Of a stretch of DNA of 64,000 bases, positions 24,534 to 36,267 are shown in pieces (positions within the stretch are counted from its first letter, which is position 1; the number at the start of each line of letters is the position of its first letter). Made by a program: the position numbers and the translations under genes. Source of the DNA: Psammoneis japonica (taxonomy: Eukaryota); NCBI GenBank assembly GCA_008632985.1, contig QPGO01000123.1:1-64000 (forward strand), in the 5' to 3' direction. The notes beneath the pieces were generated by a model. That model was not told the DNA's origin. It worked only from the letters and a program-made list of their open reading frames with translations, and made no database searches.

Positions 24534-25628
24534 ATGTGCAAGGAAACCACCGAAATCGAGACCGGCGCCTCCACCATTGAGAAGACTGGCCACCAAGATG
24601 ATGCCAGTCGTGCTTCGTCTTCTGGCGCAACGGTGATGGTGGCAAAGGTTCAGCTCAAGAGGATGAAGCTTCTCATGGCTTTCCTTGGGGCGTGCACCAT
24701 TGGTCTCCTCATCTCTGCCATCTGCCTCGCTGTTGATCGCGACAACGAAAGGAACAAGAACAAGAAGAAGGTGGAGGTTGCCACCGTTGAAGGACCCAAC
24801 CCTTGCCAGGGCAAGCGTCCCGAGTTGCCCAATGTTGCTTGTGTGATTGACGAGATGACCCAAACCGGCGAGCAATCCGGTTCGAATGTCACCAAGGGCT
24901 GCAATGGCGACAGCGACACCGACGCTGAACCCATCACCACCTCATGCTTTGAGGCCGGCTTGTGCCCCGTCAATGTACACTGGCATCTTGGTGCCGAGCA
25001 CTGCTCCGCTGGTGAGTTTGACGAGAACGGCACCGGTCCCCTTGATTTCCATGAAGGCCGTCAGGGATTCCGTTGCAAGTGCTGTGATGAAAACGACCCC
25101 AAGTTCACCACTCCCTTCGACTGGCAGCACTGCATTGGCATGATGGTTGGCCAAACCTGCGAAGTTCACTGGCCCCACTCTGCTGCTGGTGCCTGTGGTA
25201 CGCCCTTCCAGTGCCAGACTCCCTTTTGCGATGGTGTTTTTTGCCGCGACGACGTCATCACCAACACTGCTCAGCAGATTGGTGTTCAGTCCCAAGTCTT
25301 TGCCATTGTCAATGATGAGAACTACCACTGCCCCGACTTATTCCGAGGTATGATTGTCGATGGTGACAAGGGAACTGATGTTGCGAAGTACACTGGTTCC
25401 ACCACCGGCACCTCCCGTGACAACGAGATGTGCTCCCCGTTTGCTCCCATCACCTGGCAGGTTGACCGCAAGTGCCATCTCATTTCAGCCTCGAGCTTTG
25501 ACAAGATGTGCATGGACATGAGGTCCCAGGCCGACAACATGAATGACGATCTTTACGCTCACGGATCTCGTGAACTTGTTGATGACGAGCACGCCGCGAA
25601 CAACCAGCAGCTCCGTCGTCGTGCTTAA
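24534..25628 (+). CDS. Delta-class carbonic anhydrase (TWCA1 family) with an N-terminal membrane anchor; many Tyr->Cys/His changes, possibly damaged
   Basis: LCPVNVHWHLGAEH, EVHWPHSAAGACG, DGVFC, IGVQSQVF.IVNDE, YTGSTTGTSRDNE, PITWQVDRKCHLISASSFDKMC, HGSRELV; hydrophobic LLMAFLGACTIGLLISAICLAV. Confidence 0.92.
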   Translation: MCKETTEIETGASTIEKTGHQDDASRASSSGATVMVAKVQLKRMKLLMAFLGACTIGLLISAICLAVDRDNERNKNKKKVEVATVEGPNPCQGKRPELPNVACVIDEMTQTGEQSGSNVTKGCNGDSDTDAEPITTSCFEAGLCPVNVHWHLGAEHCSAGEFDENGTGPLDFHEGRQGFRCKCCDENDPKFTTPFDWQHCIGMMVGQTCEVHWPHSAAGACGTPFQCQTPFCDGVFCRDDVITNTAQQIGVQSQVFAIVNDENYHCPDLFRGMIVDGDKGTDVAKYTGSTTGTSRDNEMCSPFAPITWQVDRKCHLISASSFDKMCMDMRSQADNMNDDLYAHGSRELVDDEHAANNQQLRRRA

Positions 25629-27642
25629 AAGCATGGACAAACTGCCCTCTCTTGTTCATGTGACAAACAACAAGTAGTGTAAAGTGTTTATATTCAAAAA
25701 CATCATACCTCCTATTTGAGTACACCGCAAGAAGTGTTGTACGGAGGAATAATGTATAAACAATATTTGTCTTCGATACCTAAAATACATTCCTGTTTTA
25801 CAATACACTATATCGCGATCATCTCTACTAGCACACGGCACACTACGCCTGATTTACTCTCCAGACAGCATCATAACGAGTATTTTCGGAAATCCGTCGG
25901 CATCGTTTTTGCATATTAGGTATGGTGCGAGTCAGGCCATGTATTCAATGTACTGCATTCCGGGGTACGAATTCTCATGTGAAGCACTGTGATACTTTTC
26001 GCTCATTCGCAAATATTGTTCACATTGGTGCCATAGCAATCACCTGTCCGGAGAGAGAGAGAGTGTGTGTGTGTGTGCCGATTCGTTCGTTCGTTCGAGA
26101 GAAATACAGAGCGTGACAGATCAACGAGTGGCGTCAAAGAAAGCAACAACGACTCTGATATACATCCTTACTTGTATGGTGTCATGAAGCCAGAGCGGGC
26201 TCTTGCAAAAACGACAGTTCATAACTTTTAATAGTGCTTTTTGACCAATATCTCCTGGGTCCACAAAGGCTGACATGCTCTACTAGGCACTAAATGAGGA
26301 CAGGGTACATCGCGAACCACGAACCACATTATTACCCGCGCCAGGCTCAAGATTGAATGAGTGAAAACGCACCGTCCCAATGCGGCCCAATGGTTCAACA
26401 ACCCGGATCAACGTTTCCACTGCCGGGAATAGCAAGCGCTGCTCCGTTGGCCGACAGCTGAATGGACGTGCCAAATTGCTCTGAAAGTACTCGGCACCCA
26501 AGATCCTGGCCTAGATGGATCCAACTTGAGCTTATCATCATAATATATTGAATAGCTATCACCCGCGCCTTCATATATAGATTGCTTCAACCACCAGTAC
26601 AGTACCTTGATCTTCTTGGTATCCCAAAGACGAAACAGCGATGCTCATACAACTTGGTCGTTTTCGCTCAGTGATCAGCGACAAATCGTAGTCAACAGCA
26701 CGGCACTTCTTGGCCGCTTTCAATGGCAGGAAGACGCTGACCGTTCCTTCCAAGTATACGTAAAATTATCAAACGAATACATACCGCAATGCATTACTGT
26801 CGGTGCCCGCAGCTACGACTAGACTGCAGCAATTGAAAAGACAAGAGGGTTCAGAGTCCAAGAAATCCAACGCGTAGTCTCGTGTGGCGTCTCCCATTAG
26901 AGACCATTTTGACACGGAAGAACTCGTACTGGCACGAATAAACTGCACTGCACCAACGAGGTCATCCATGTTGGAATATCATTTCCTTGCGAGACCTAAC
27001 TCCAATATTCGCTCCAGAACCACTCAAGCTAATGGCTGAACCCGTAAATGTCGTACAGTATCTCTGAAGTTGTCGAGTATTGGGCTGAGTCAAATCCATG
27101 ACTATTGGTGGTGGTAGAAATGATGCAATTCCACAGCCCACAAGTATCCATGAACTTGCATTTGTTGTACACACTGGCAAAAACACAAGCCCCTTTCGTA
27201 AACCTGGCCCTCGTCACTTCAGGGATAGACTAATGAAATGCCACCCTTGACTAAAAACGAACTGTTTCCAGGCTTCCTGCCTACATTCGTACACGCTTTT
27301 GTTTTCTCTGTGCTACCAACCACCAGTGTGATGAAGTTGCCGTTCAATTTCAGGTCCCTTTTCGGCGCAATTGTTCGCATGTTGTTGAGTGCATCAGCGC
27401 TGGCCCGCTTGACCCCAATCTTTTTCTGAAGCACTCTGCTCAGAGCCCTCAAGGCGACATGCCCTGGAGAGACCGCTTGATCAATTTCTGAAGGCCAAAT
27501 GTGGTTCCATCCTTGGACAGTGCCACTCGCGAGCCAAAAGAAAGTCTTATGAAAATTTCCGTTGTGTTCACGACGCAACCTGCTTCCACTCGACATTCAA
27601 TGGACGCGTGTTGCCAGAAAGAGTGTCACCTTGCCCAAGACC

Positions 27643-27643
<1 letters not shown>

Positions 27644-27677
<34 letters not shown>
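27644..27677 (+). repeat. (TG)17 microsatellite
   Basis: Direct reading; lies near the 3' end of the CRE-like fragment. Confidence 0.95.
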
Positions 27678-27681
<4 letters not shown>

Positions 27682-27799
27682 AAATGATGACAGCGACCCT
27701 CACCCCAAAAGCGCCGTCCAAAAGGAAAGACGAGAACACGGACAGCAACAGCAATCTCATGGTTGTCTATTTTCGAGGTTTGTTTCAGGAGAGGAGCGA

Positions 27800-28265
27800 C
27801 TTCAAGATACCGGTGCTAGATGGTTGCTGTGCATGTGTGGCGGGAGAGGTGCGCGAAGCGCGCTTGGGGATGGAGAAAAAAAGGGAGGGCCCAAAGTGCG
27901 GACAGACGGTTGAGGCGAAGAGTTGGATGGCAACAGAGGCACCGTTGGGCGGGTGATGAAGTAATTGATCACGGTATGAAGAGAGGTGGTGGGAGAGAGC
28001 ACAGCCAAAGTTGAGGCTGAGGATTTGGGAAGCCCAGAGTTGAGGTGTGGCAGTGTGATGGGAAGAGCCGAAGCGGTCCGGGGACAGCAGTTTTTCCAGG
28101 CCGTTTTAGAGTGGCTGAGGAGGTCAGAAGGGGCAAGCAGTGAGTTGGTGAAGGCAGAGAAGGATGCTTGAGAGTTGGAGAAGGGTGATGGGCTTGTCCA
28201 GGGTGGTTTGGGTGGGAGGGGCAGGACAGAGGCGGGTGCAGAAGAGGAGGATCCGAAGAAGAAGA
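27800..28265 (-). mobile_element. 3' part of a CRE-like non-LTR element split by the CoDi insertion
   Basis: FFGSSSS..PKPPWTSPSPFSNSQASFSAF parallels LFGSTSSS..PKPPWSSSSNFRHSDASYSAF of the 14.3-17.3 kb element. The left edge is approximate. Confidence 0.8.
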
Positions 28266-28542
28266 TGACAGAAATTGAAGGCAAATGGCAAGAATTCAAA
28301 ACAATGACTCCTTGCTGCTGTCTAAACAGCAGATGAGTCTCCGCTCAGAGACCGTTACAGGAGCCGAAAGACGTGTAAGTCGGTGCAATCGGGCTGCTGT
28401 TGTCATTCTTGTGAGCCTTGTGGCTCGAAAGCAAACTACATCGCGCGTGAACGCGCGGAACTAAAGCACACAAAACTGTGCGCGGTAAACTAAACAGCGC
28501 GCGATACTTCGCGCGCATCCAAATCCTGTTCAAATCCTGTCA
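28266..28542 (-). repeat. CoDi 3' LTR
   Basis: Direct repeat of 35101-35377. Confidence 0.97.
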
Positions 28543-31500
28543 CTCCCCAGTTTGCTTGAGGAGCCACAGAAACAGATTCGACTTTGGATGGAATGAAGTT
28601 CCAGAACATGAGGGGGCGGAGAAGGTCCCAGATTTGGGAGCAACCCCAATGCTTGCTGAGAATGTCAGCAGGGTTGCGGGAGCCTTCGATGAAGTGGAAC
28701 TCAAGGTAACCAGAGGCAATTGCCTCACGCACACGGTGGAACGACAGTGCGGTGTGTCGCTTGTGCAACTTGGAGTGCGGGATGGTGGCACTGTCTACAG
28801 CCGACTTGTTGTCACCGAACATGTAACTGACATTGCGGATCGGGACGCCAAGGTGGCGCAGGGTGATGCGCAGGTCGACAATCTGCTCAACACAATTCCT
28901 TGCGGCAACAAATTCAGATCCGCAGGTTGCAGTCTCCACGGTGGCTTGTTTCTTGGAGAACCAATCAGCCGGGAATTTGTTGAGGAAGTGGAGCATTCCC
29001 ATGACAGAGCGTCCGGTGAGCATGCAATGGCACAAGTTTGCATCGACGCAGTGGGTGGCAGTGACGAACTTGCCAAGGGGCGGTGGAGCGTCCTTCGGGA
29101 TCATCTCTTCTGCTTCACCATAAACGGAATGCATCCATTCACAGGCCGGAGCAGGGAGATCCGAACAGTCGGGCTCTTCCGTGCGAACGCGGAGAGCACC
29201 GTGTCGCATCTTGGAGAGGTGCCCACAGACGCGTTTGGCACGATCCAAGTGGCCTTGACGGGGCGCAGCTCGGAAGCTAGAGAGTGACATGACGGCCGTG
29301 GCAATGTCAATTCGACCAAGGGACACTGCCCATTGGAGTGAACCAACAAGAGACTGGAACTTGTGAATGCCATCGGGTCCCAGCAGTTCGGAAGTGTCCA
29401 GTTCGGGGTGGTCACCCTTCTCTAGAGGTGACAGGGCGTTGGTGGCAGGTTTCTCCCCAAACAGTTGGGCGCAGCTGTCGACCATGCGCTCGATGTACTT
29501 GCGCGGAGACAGGCACAAGGTTCCGTCGGGGTCCCGGGAAAAGTCGCAACCCAGATGGAACTCAATGGGTCCCGCACCCTTGAGCTTGAACTTGTGCTTT
29601 TCCGTGAGAGTGTTGACGAAAGATTGAGGGTCCTTCATGGCAATGGCGAGGTCATCCACATAAACGGCAATGTGTTCACAGTGGTCGCCGTTCCTGCGCA
29701 TCCAAATGTCGGGTTCGGCGTGGCAGGGGAAGAAGCCTTCAGCTAGCAGGCAGTCGGCGAAGCGCTCGTGCCAGCGGAGACCGGAGCTGCGGAGTCCATA
29801 CAGTGCCTTGTGGATGACAAGGATGTGTCCTTCGAGTTTGCCAAATTCGGGTCCAGCTACAATGTAAAGCTTCTCCTTGGTGGTGGCTTCAAGGCAGGCA
29901 TTGCCAATGTCGGTGGCCCATGTCTCCAGCTCGTTGAGTTCGGCCAGGAAAATCATCAGCCGAAGGCCACGGAGGGAGACTGCTCCGGAGTAGACACTGT
30001 CGACAGGCACGTCCGTGAGGTGCCCGTCGGCTGCGAGTCGTGCCTTGTGGCGACCGTCGTGTTTCACGTCGTACACCAGGTGCACTTGGATCTTCTTGTG
30101 TCCCACAGGAGGAGTGGAAGACTTGAAGGGCCCGCAGTCATGGAAGACTTCGTATTCGTCGAGTTGGTCCATCTCGAGATTAGTTGCGTCTCCCCACTTG
30201 CGGTTGCCGTTGCATTCGTCCAGTGACATGGCGTGTTTGTAGTTCCGGGGAACTTCGCATCCGTACTTGTAGCGAGGTGCAGTGCGGAAGGAGCGAAGCT
30301 TGGCTTGGTTGGCCATGCGAAATAGCTTCTTTTGGCGCCTCGCGATGGTGCGGAACCGCTTCCAGCCATCCGTGTCGAGGAGTCCGTTCTCTCGTGCATA
30401 GATGGCACAGGTGACGGGGTCGTCCTTGGCGATGATGGCAAGAGGCTCGGACGTGATCTCCCCACTTTCCCATTCAAGCATGATGTTGTAGCTTGAGCCT
30501 TTCCAGGTTGGGTCGTGAGGCTTCAGAGGTCCTTCGTGTGACACGATGCGTCGAAATTTCCAAATAGTGGTGTCTTCGTCTTCTTGCTCAATGTGATTCA
30601 TGATGTCATTGTAGGCAAGGACTTCCTCGCATTCGTCATTGTTGACAGAGCAGACGAACTTAGTGAGCTCGGGATTGCCGTTCACTTTCCATTCGTGGTC
30701 TTCGACGGCCTTGACGATGCGAGCTCTGTGGCGTTGTCCGTCCTCTTGTGGCTGCATGAGGAAGGTACGTCCAATGATGTCTTGCGGATCGAAAACTGGC
30801 ATCTTGGGTGTCCTGATCTCCCCATCAGGAGAATCGACGGGGTTGTCGTCATGGCGAGATTTGATGATGGGTTCAGGTGGCTCCCCATCAGGAGGATCAA
30901 GACGCAGGTTTCGAACGGCAGGATCGGGGGTAGCGGAGCGAACGTTGGACCGGTGGAGGATCTTCTGAGTCTCGTCAGATAGAATCTTGAAGGTCATCTG
31001 GTGGCCGACGTGCTCAGCAATGCCAACGAAGCGTCCACGCAACTCACGGGATTCGGACGGCCAATCGTAGTCATCGAGGTGGAAGTGCACTGGTTCCCAC
31101 CAGTGAAAGCGAAGCAATGGGCTGATGTCCGGGGTGGATCCAGTGAGAGTCTCGAGGGGCGTGCGCCAGTGGAGACGTGGGGACGCTGTGTGGTTGAGTG
31201 TGAAGCACACGTGCATGAGCGCCAGCAGCCATGTGTGGGCGGGCGAACCAAAACGGTCCATGACAGTGTTCGCCATGCGCTTCACGGTCTGGTGTCAACG
31301 CTCGGCAAAGTTTTGGTGTTGCTGGTGAGGCTCACTTTGCCAGCTGGAGATGAAGAGGGCGCGTAGGATCCCGAGCACTTTGTTGCTGATCTCAACTTGA
31401 GCACGGTCGCTAATGAGTTTGGACGGGGCACCACGTTCACGGATCTGATCCTCGAGTGTGTTGACAAACTCTTTGTCCGTCTTAGTGCCGTAGACGTCAG

Positions 31501-34159
31501 TGACGGCAGACTCGGTGCCAACAAACAGTTGGGCGCTGGTGCAACCAGAGTCGACGGCCGGGGTGTCGGCACAAACGGTGTCAGTGGCGACAGGCTCGTT
31601 GCGGCGGTGCACATTAAGGGCGGGGTTGGGTGATTTGAAGGCCTTGCGAAGGTGTGTACCGGCGGGCATGCGGGCGCACTGCGTGGTGCAGTCAAAAGTA
31701 CGACGGACCGCATCGGTGGGTAGGAAGCCAAAGCAAGGCCGAAGAGACTCGAAGGGGGGGTCCTTGGGCTGTACAGTGCGCTCCGGAGGTGGAACGTCAT
31801 CGCCCTTGGGGTCAATCGCATGCAGATGACACTCGCAGAACACGTCGTCGTTCGGAATGAGGTGATCATCGAGGGCGGACGCGTGATCGGCAGACAAGGA
31901 AGCGGACAAGATGGTCTCGTTGACAATGACACGGTGACGGCAGTTGCCGCATTCGTCAAATGGGTTGGCAGTGGGATCGTCCTGCAGGTCAGAGATCGCG
32001 TCGTGCCACTGGTCGTCGTCAGTGACAGAGTGATCGAGGACGGAAGGGTCCCATGTGTCATCACCGGTGAGGATGACATGGGGCAGGGTGTCCCATTCGG
32101 CGTCAGTGCAAGGTCGCATGGCAACACAAGGCAGGCCAGCCTTGATGTCAATGGGGATGACATAGCCATCAGGAGTGGCAACACGTTGCAAGCCGTTGGG
32201 CACCTTGACAGAGCGATCGTTGACATCCTGTTTGCACCATTCGAGCTGGCCGCAGGAATGGATGGTCTTGCCCTTGCCCGTGCATGCGCACTGATGGAGG
32301 ATGGCGATGACGGGACCACGCTGGGTCTCAATGACGGCACCAGCAGTGACAATGGGGATGTCCACCAATTGATGATCGTCAATGCCCTGAACGTCGACTT
32401 GGCGAGAGGTGCGTGCAATGACGCGAACGTCGTCGCCAGCAATGCCGCCGTTGGCCCCACGATCGACTGGAGCACCAGTGCGTGTGGAGCGATGAGCAGA
32501 GGCAGAGCAAATGACATTGTGGTTGTCAACGCGGCGGCAAGTGCGGCCATTAAGTTCTGTGTCATCTGCAGAGGCTGGCGGGGTAGAGGAAGCAGCGGAT
32601 GGCCCCGGTCGACTGGCATTGGGGGCTTGGTTAGGAGACAACAGACGTTGCAGATCACCGGGTGGCAGTGGCTTGCGCTTGGTGAGGTGCGCCAGGATGG
32701 GATTATCCGAAGTGGCGTCCACATGTGGAGCGGAGTCACCAGAGTCAGCAGGAGTCGTGTTGGACAAGTTGACACCACCGTCACTCCCAAGGCGTTGGTC
32801 GTGAAGGTTGGCCGTAACAGACTCATGGCAGTTGCTGGCTCGCGGGTTGCGGGGAGGCGGACGAGAATGCTCAAGGATGATCGCCTTGGAGGAATCGGGC
32901 AACGAATCCCAGAGCCGTTGGTGGTCGGGAGGGAGACGTCTCCATTGGACACCGGTGAGGCTGGGACCGCGGGTGTAGGCAGCATTGGCTTGAAGGACGT
33001 CAACGTCGCTGTCAATGTCGTAGAACACATCGTCGGACGGTTCCTCGGAGTGGACGTCGTGTGCGCACATGGCGCGTCGGGGAGCTCGAGGTGTCGTCTT
33101 GGGTTGAAACGTGCTGTCGTGCTGAGCTGCCGCGGAGAGGAGCAAGCCACAGCATTGATCGTATGTGAGGCTCTTGCCACTCTGCGTACGATGCTGATCA
33201 GCTTGGTTCTTGACAGCACGGAGTTCCTCGACAGGGTGCACGGCATTCTCGAGCATGACGCGCTTCTGTCCTTCAGAGAAGTGGTCACTGGCCGGGATGA
33301 GTGCCTCGTGCTTGCGCAACTGATCTTGCCAATGAAGGATGAACCCGTGGGTCGGACCTTTCCAAGTGCCATCACCAAGACGTGCGGTGGTGAGGTGCGT
33401 CAGCAGGGTGGAGGACTCGACAGATGCGCGGGTGGAGGCAAGCGCGCACTCAGACAAGGAGCGGTGGACGGTCTGTGCATCAGAAGACCCCACATTTTCG
33501 CGAATGAGAGCCTTGCCCTTGTCGGTGAGAAGGATGCGTTCGAAGACGGCGAACATGTGCTTTTGCTGTTCAGCAAAGAGCAGTTTGTCTTCGGGGCTGG
33601 TCGGTTTGTACGACGAGTCTAGAATGCACTCGACGTCTTGGGCACGGGCTTGTGCCACAAGTGAGGTGTGCCAAGTGTGCCACTGCTTGTCGGATTTGAG
33701 AGCCGTGAAAGCGGTGGGATCACGCTTGATGCCTCGCTTGAAGTCCCGCACCGGGTCGCGTGCCTTGGTCGGGTTGGTGACATGTGGAGGTGCAAGGGGT
33801 GAGCTGCCGATGGACACAGAAGACATGCAGTCGGGGCTGAGGCGGCAGGCAAGGAACTCGTCATGCGCGAACAAAGAGGAGTCATTGGCAACGTCAAGAC
33901 CTTTGTGTGCTTTGACAATGTACAGACTGACCAGTGCTGCTAACATGTTCTTGTAACCACGGGGCAAAGGGATTGCATTAGTGCCGTTGTCGCACTCAAG
34001 CGAGTCGATTTGGGACGGCATGAACGTGAATGGTTCCTGATGCGAGTCCGTGCCGTCTTGGGCCAAAGCCAAACGAAGAGGACTCCCAGCACCTTGGGCA
34101 AGCACGGTTCCAACAACGTGCTCGAAACCATCGGTTTGTTGCTGACGAGTGAGAACCAT
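28490..34159 (-). pseudogene. CoDi gag-pol (gag, protease, integrase, chromodomain-like segment, RT, RNase H) with one in-frame TGA at 31295-31297
   Basis: FKRGIKRD gag, VDRGANGG protease, LISDRAQVE and SEPHQQHQNFAER*HQTVKR integrase, WKFRRIVSH..LEWESGE, KARLAADG, YVDD, SEF..GDN..NPADILSK. Confidence 0.93.
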
Positions 34160-35100
34160 GGTGGACAAAAGTGGTGTCAGGACAATCAATTCTGGTTGGG
34201 AAGCGAAGGTAGACTCGAAACTTGGGTGAGAACAGACTTGACTTGAAACAGACTTGACTTGAAATCTTGAACCATCTTAAAATCAGAAGTCGCCGGGCTT
34301 TGTCATCCCGTTCGTTGTTGAGTGCTAAACTTCCTGTCCGGTCCGCAGAGTTGTGCCGGCACGTCCGAACCCGCAGCCAGCGGCGCTTTGGGTTGCTTAC
34401 GAGCGGAGCAGCGGGTTGTAAACCCCTGCAGGTGAGCTGACTAGAGGTGGACAAGACCCCCGAACCGTTCTCATTTTATGTCGGTTGGATTTCCCGATCA
34501 GGCTGGCCAGTTGACGCAGGCGTCAGGCGCTGTGGACGAACGAACAAACGCGGGAAAGCACCCTCGCCCCAACGCAGGCTGTAATCACGGCTGCTTGCTC
34601 TCACAGTCGTCCTCGTGGACCTGGCAGAACTGTGGAGCACCAGCAGTCCGGGGCAGATCAGGTGCAATGGACTCGGTGTGCTTGCAGAGTGGCAGCAAAA
34701 CCGCAGTCCGAAGAGTGGATAAAGGTTCTTGGCCGTGAAGACATGCACACACATGTGTGTGGCCTCAGCGACTAAGATCCTTGAATGTGCAGGGTTCTTG
34801 ACCGTTAACCGAGAAATGGGTATATCAAGGGATGTTGATCAAGGATAGACTTGGATGTGACCGTTGAATATAAGTCTTCAGCGATCAAAGGTAGTATAAT
34901 CAATCCAGACATCCAGCGGTAAGGAGACTTGACGGTGACGTTAACTTCCTGCCGATGCCCTGGCATTGAATGCGCGTAGACTTGCCGATGTATGTAGAAC
35001 ATGTGCGGAGGTCCACGCAGAATTGAAATGGCGTCGTTGGTAAATCAACGACGACGATGGCGGTTGCTCAATGGGTTGACAATGAGCAAGACTGTTAATC

Positions 35101-35377
35101 TGACAGAAATTGAAGGCAAATGGCAAGAATTCAAAACAACAACTCCTTACTGCTGTCTAAACAGCAGATGAGTCTCCGCTCAGAGACCGTCACAGGAGCC
35201 GAAAGACGTGTGAGTCGGCACAATCGGGCCACTGTCATCATTCTTGTGAGCCTTGTGGCTCGAAAGCAAACTACATCGCGCGTGAACGCGCGGAACTAAA
35301 GCACACAAAACTGTGCGCGGTAAACTAAACAGCGCGCGATGCTTCGCGCGCATCCAAATCCTGTTCAAATCCTGTCA
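35101..35377 (-). repeat. CoDi 5' LTR
   Basis: Direct repeat of 28266-28542. Confidence 0.97.
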
Positions 35378-35382
35378 GAAGA

Positions 35383-36260
35383 CATGAAAATGGCGTCCGA
35401 TGCCGCCTGCTGGGTGGTCGAAGGTGAAAGGGAAAAGGAAGAGGCCTGCTTGGCTGATGGCATCAATGACATCAGAGTTGGCAATAGATTGGGTAGAGTG
35501 ACCAACAAGCTTGTCCCGTGCGCTGCTGAGGTGAACCTTGTTCAATGGGTTTTCAGGGACAGGCAAGCCAGGTGCAGGAACCGGGGGAGCTGGTGGCACA
35601 GTGATGTCGATGGCCAAGAAGTGATGAGTGGATGGGGCGTTGGGTGGTGTGGAGCTGGGAGCAAGTTGAGTGCCAACATCGGCGGGGCATTCAAGGGGGT
35701 GGTCAGCGAGAAGGCCGGGTGGTTCAAGATGTGCTTGTTGTCGGGAGAGGCACAGGCCACAAAGAGGACCCAGGGTGTCGATGATGGTGCAGATGGTGTC
35801 GCGGATGTGGTTGGACAGCAGGCTTTCATGCATTTTGGAGCATGCAAAGGCATGATCACCAAAGGGGTTGGGGCGGGTGTGACTGCATGGACAGTCGTGT
35901 TGGAGCAAGGCGGCAGGAATTGCAGGGAGGCGCAGCTTGCGGAGGAGGAGCAGTGTGAAAAGGTGTGAGGGAAGTTGATTGGAGGCGGAGGATTGGGAGA
36001 GGGAATGTGGGCAAAGGCTTGTCAGAGGAGATGGAAGGGATGGAAGGGCTGGTTGCATGGAAGGATTGGCAAGGATCTGAGGAAGAGTGTTGGTTTTGTG
36101 TTGATGAAGGTGAAGGCGTTGGGCAAGGCCGTGCAGGTCATGGTGTTCGATGGCATGCTTGAGGGACACGAAGGAAGAGGAGTCGAAGCAGAGGAGAATG
36201 GGAGTGCAATGATGGAAGACACGGTAAAGGGAGAGGGAGGAGCATGGGTTGGACCATGAG
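35383..36260 (-). mobile_element. Upstream part (zinc knuckle and RLE) of the CRE-like element interrupted by CoDi
   Basis: LRKLRLP..CPCS..FGDHAFAC..SNHIRD..LGPL..LEP..PADVG..LAIDITVP..PFTFDH.GGIG, colinear with the 14408-16120 ORF. Confidence 0.88.
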
Positions 36261-36267
36261 CCGATGG

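Larger units (their letters stand above)
28266..35377 (-). mobile_element. Full-length CoDi-type Ty1/copia LTR retrotransposon
   Basis: 277-bp LTRs at 28266-28542 and 35101-35377 (TGACAG...CTGTCA), 5-bp TSD GAAGA (28261-28265 and 35378-35382), PPT AACTGGGGAG next to the 3' LTR. Confidence 0.97.

Noticed and set aside
19919..25628. Alternative genetic code or RNA recoding (Cys/His codons read as Tyr)
   Set aside because: PMM, ULP1, PLD and Deltex use normal Tyr codons at conserved sites, and non-coding LTR pairs show the same changes.
26200..27600. Series of short minus-strand ORFs in TpA-normal DNA
   Set aside because: No recognisable domain or consistent splice pattern; may be a pseudogene, but unsupported.
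31820..33622. 600-aa plus-strand ORF (and the 698-aa alternate-frame ORF 31282-33378)
   Set aside because: These are shadow frames of CoDi gag-pol in GC-rich, stop-depleted DNA, with no recognisable motifs.
28266..35377. Classical fungal RIP (CpA->TpA) as the explanation
   Set aside because: The direction is opposite: conserved Tyr (TA) is the ancestral state, and the repeats are TpA-poor rather than TpA-rich.
19555..35377. ADAR-type RNA editing or RT error during retrotransposition
   Set aside because: That would give one-strand A->G and identical LTRs. Here both TA->TG and TA->CA occur, sister LTRs differ, and a host gene is affected.
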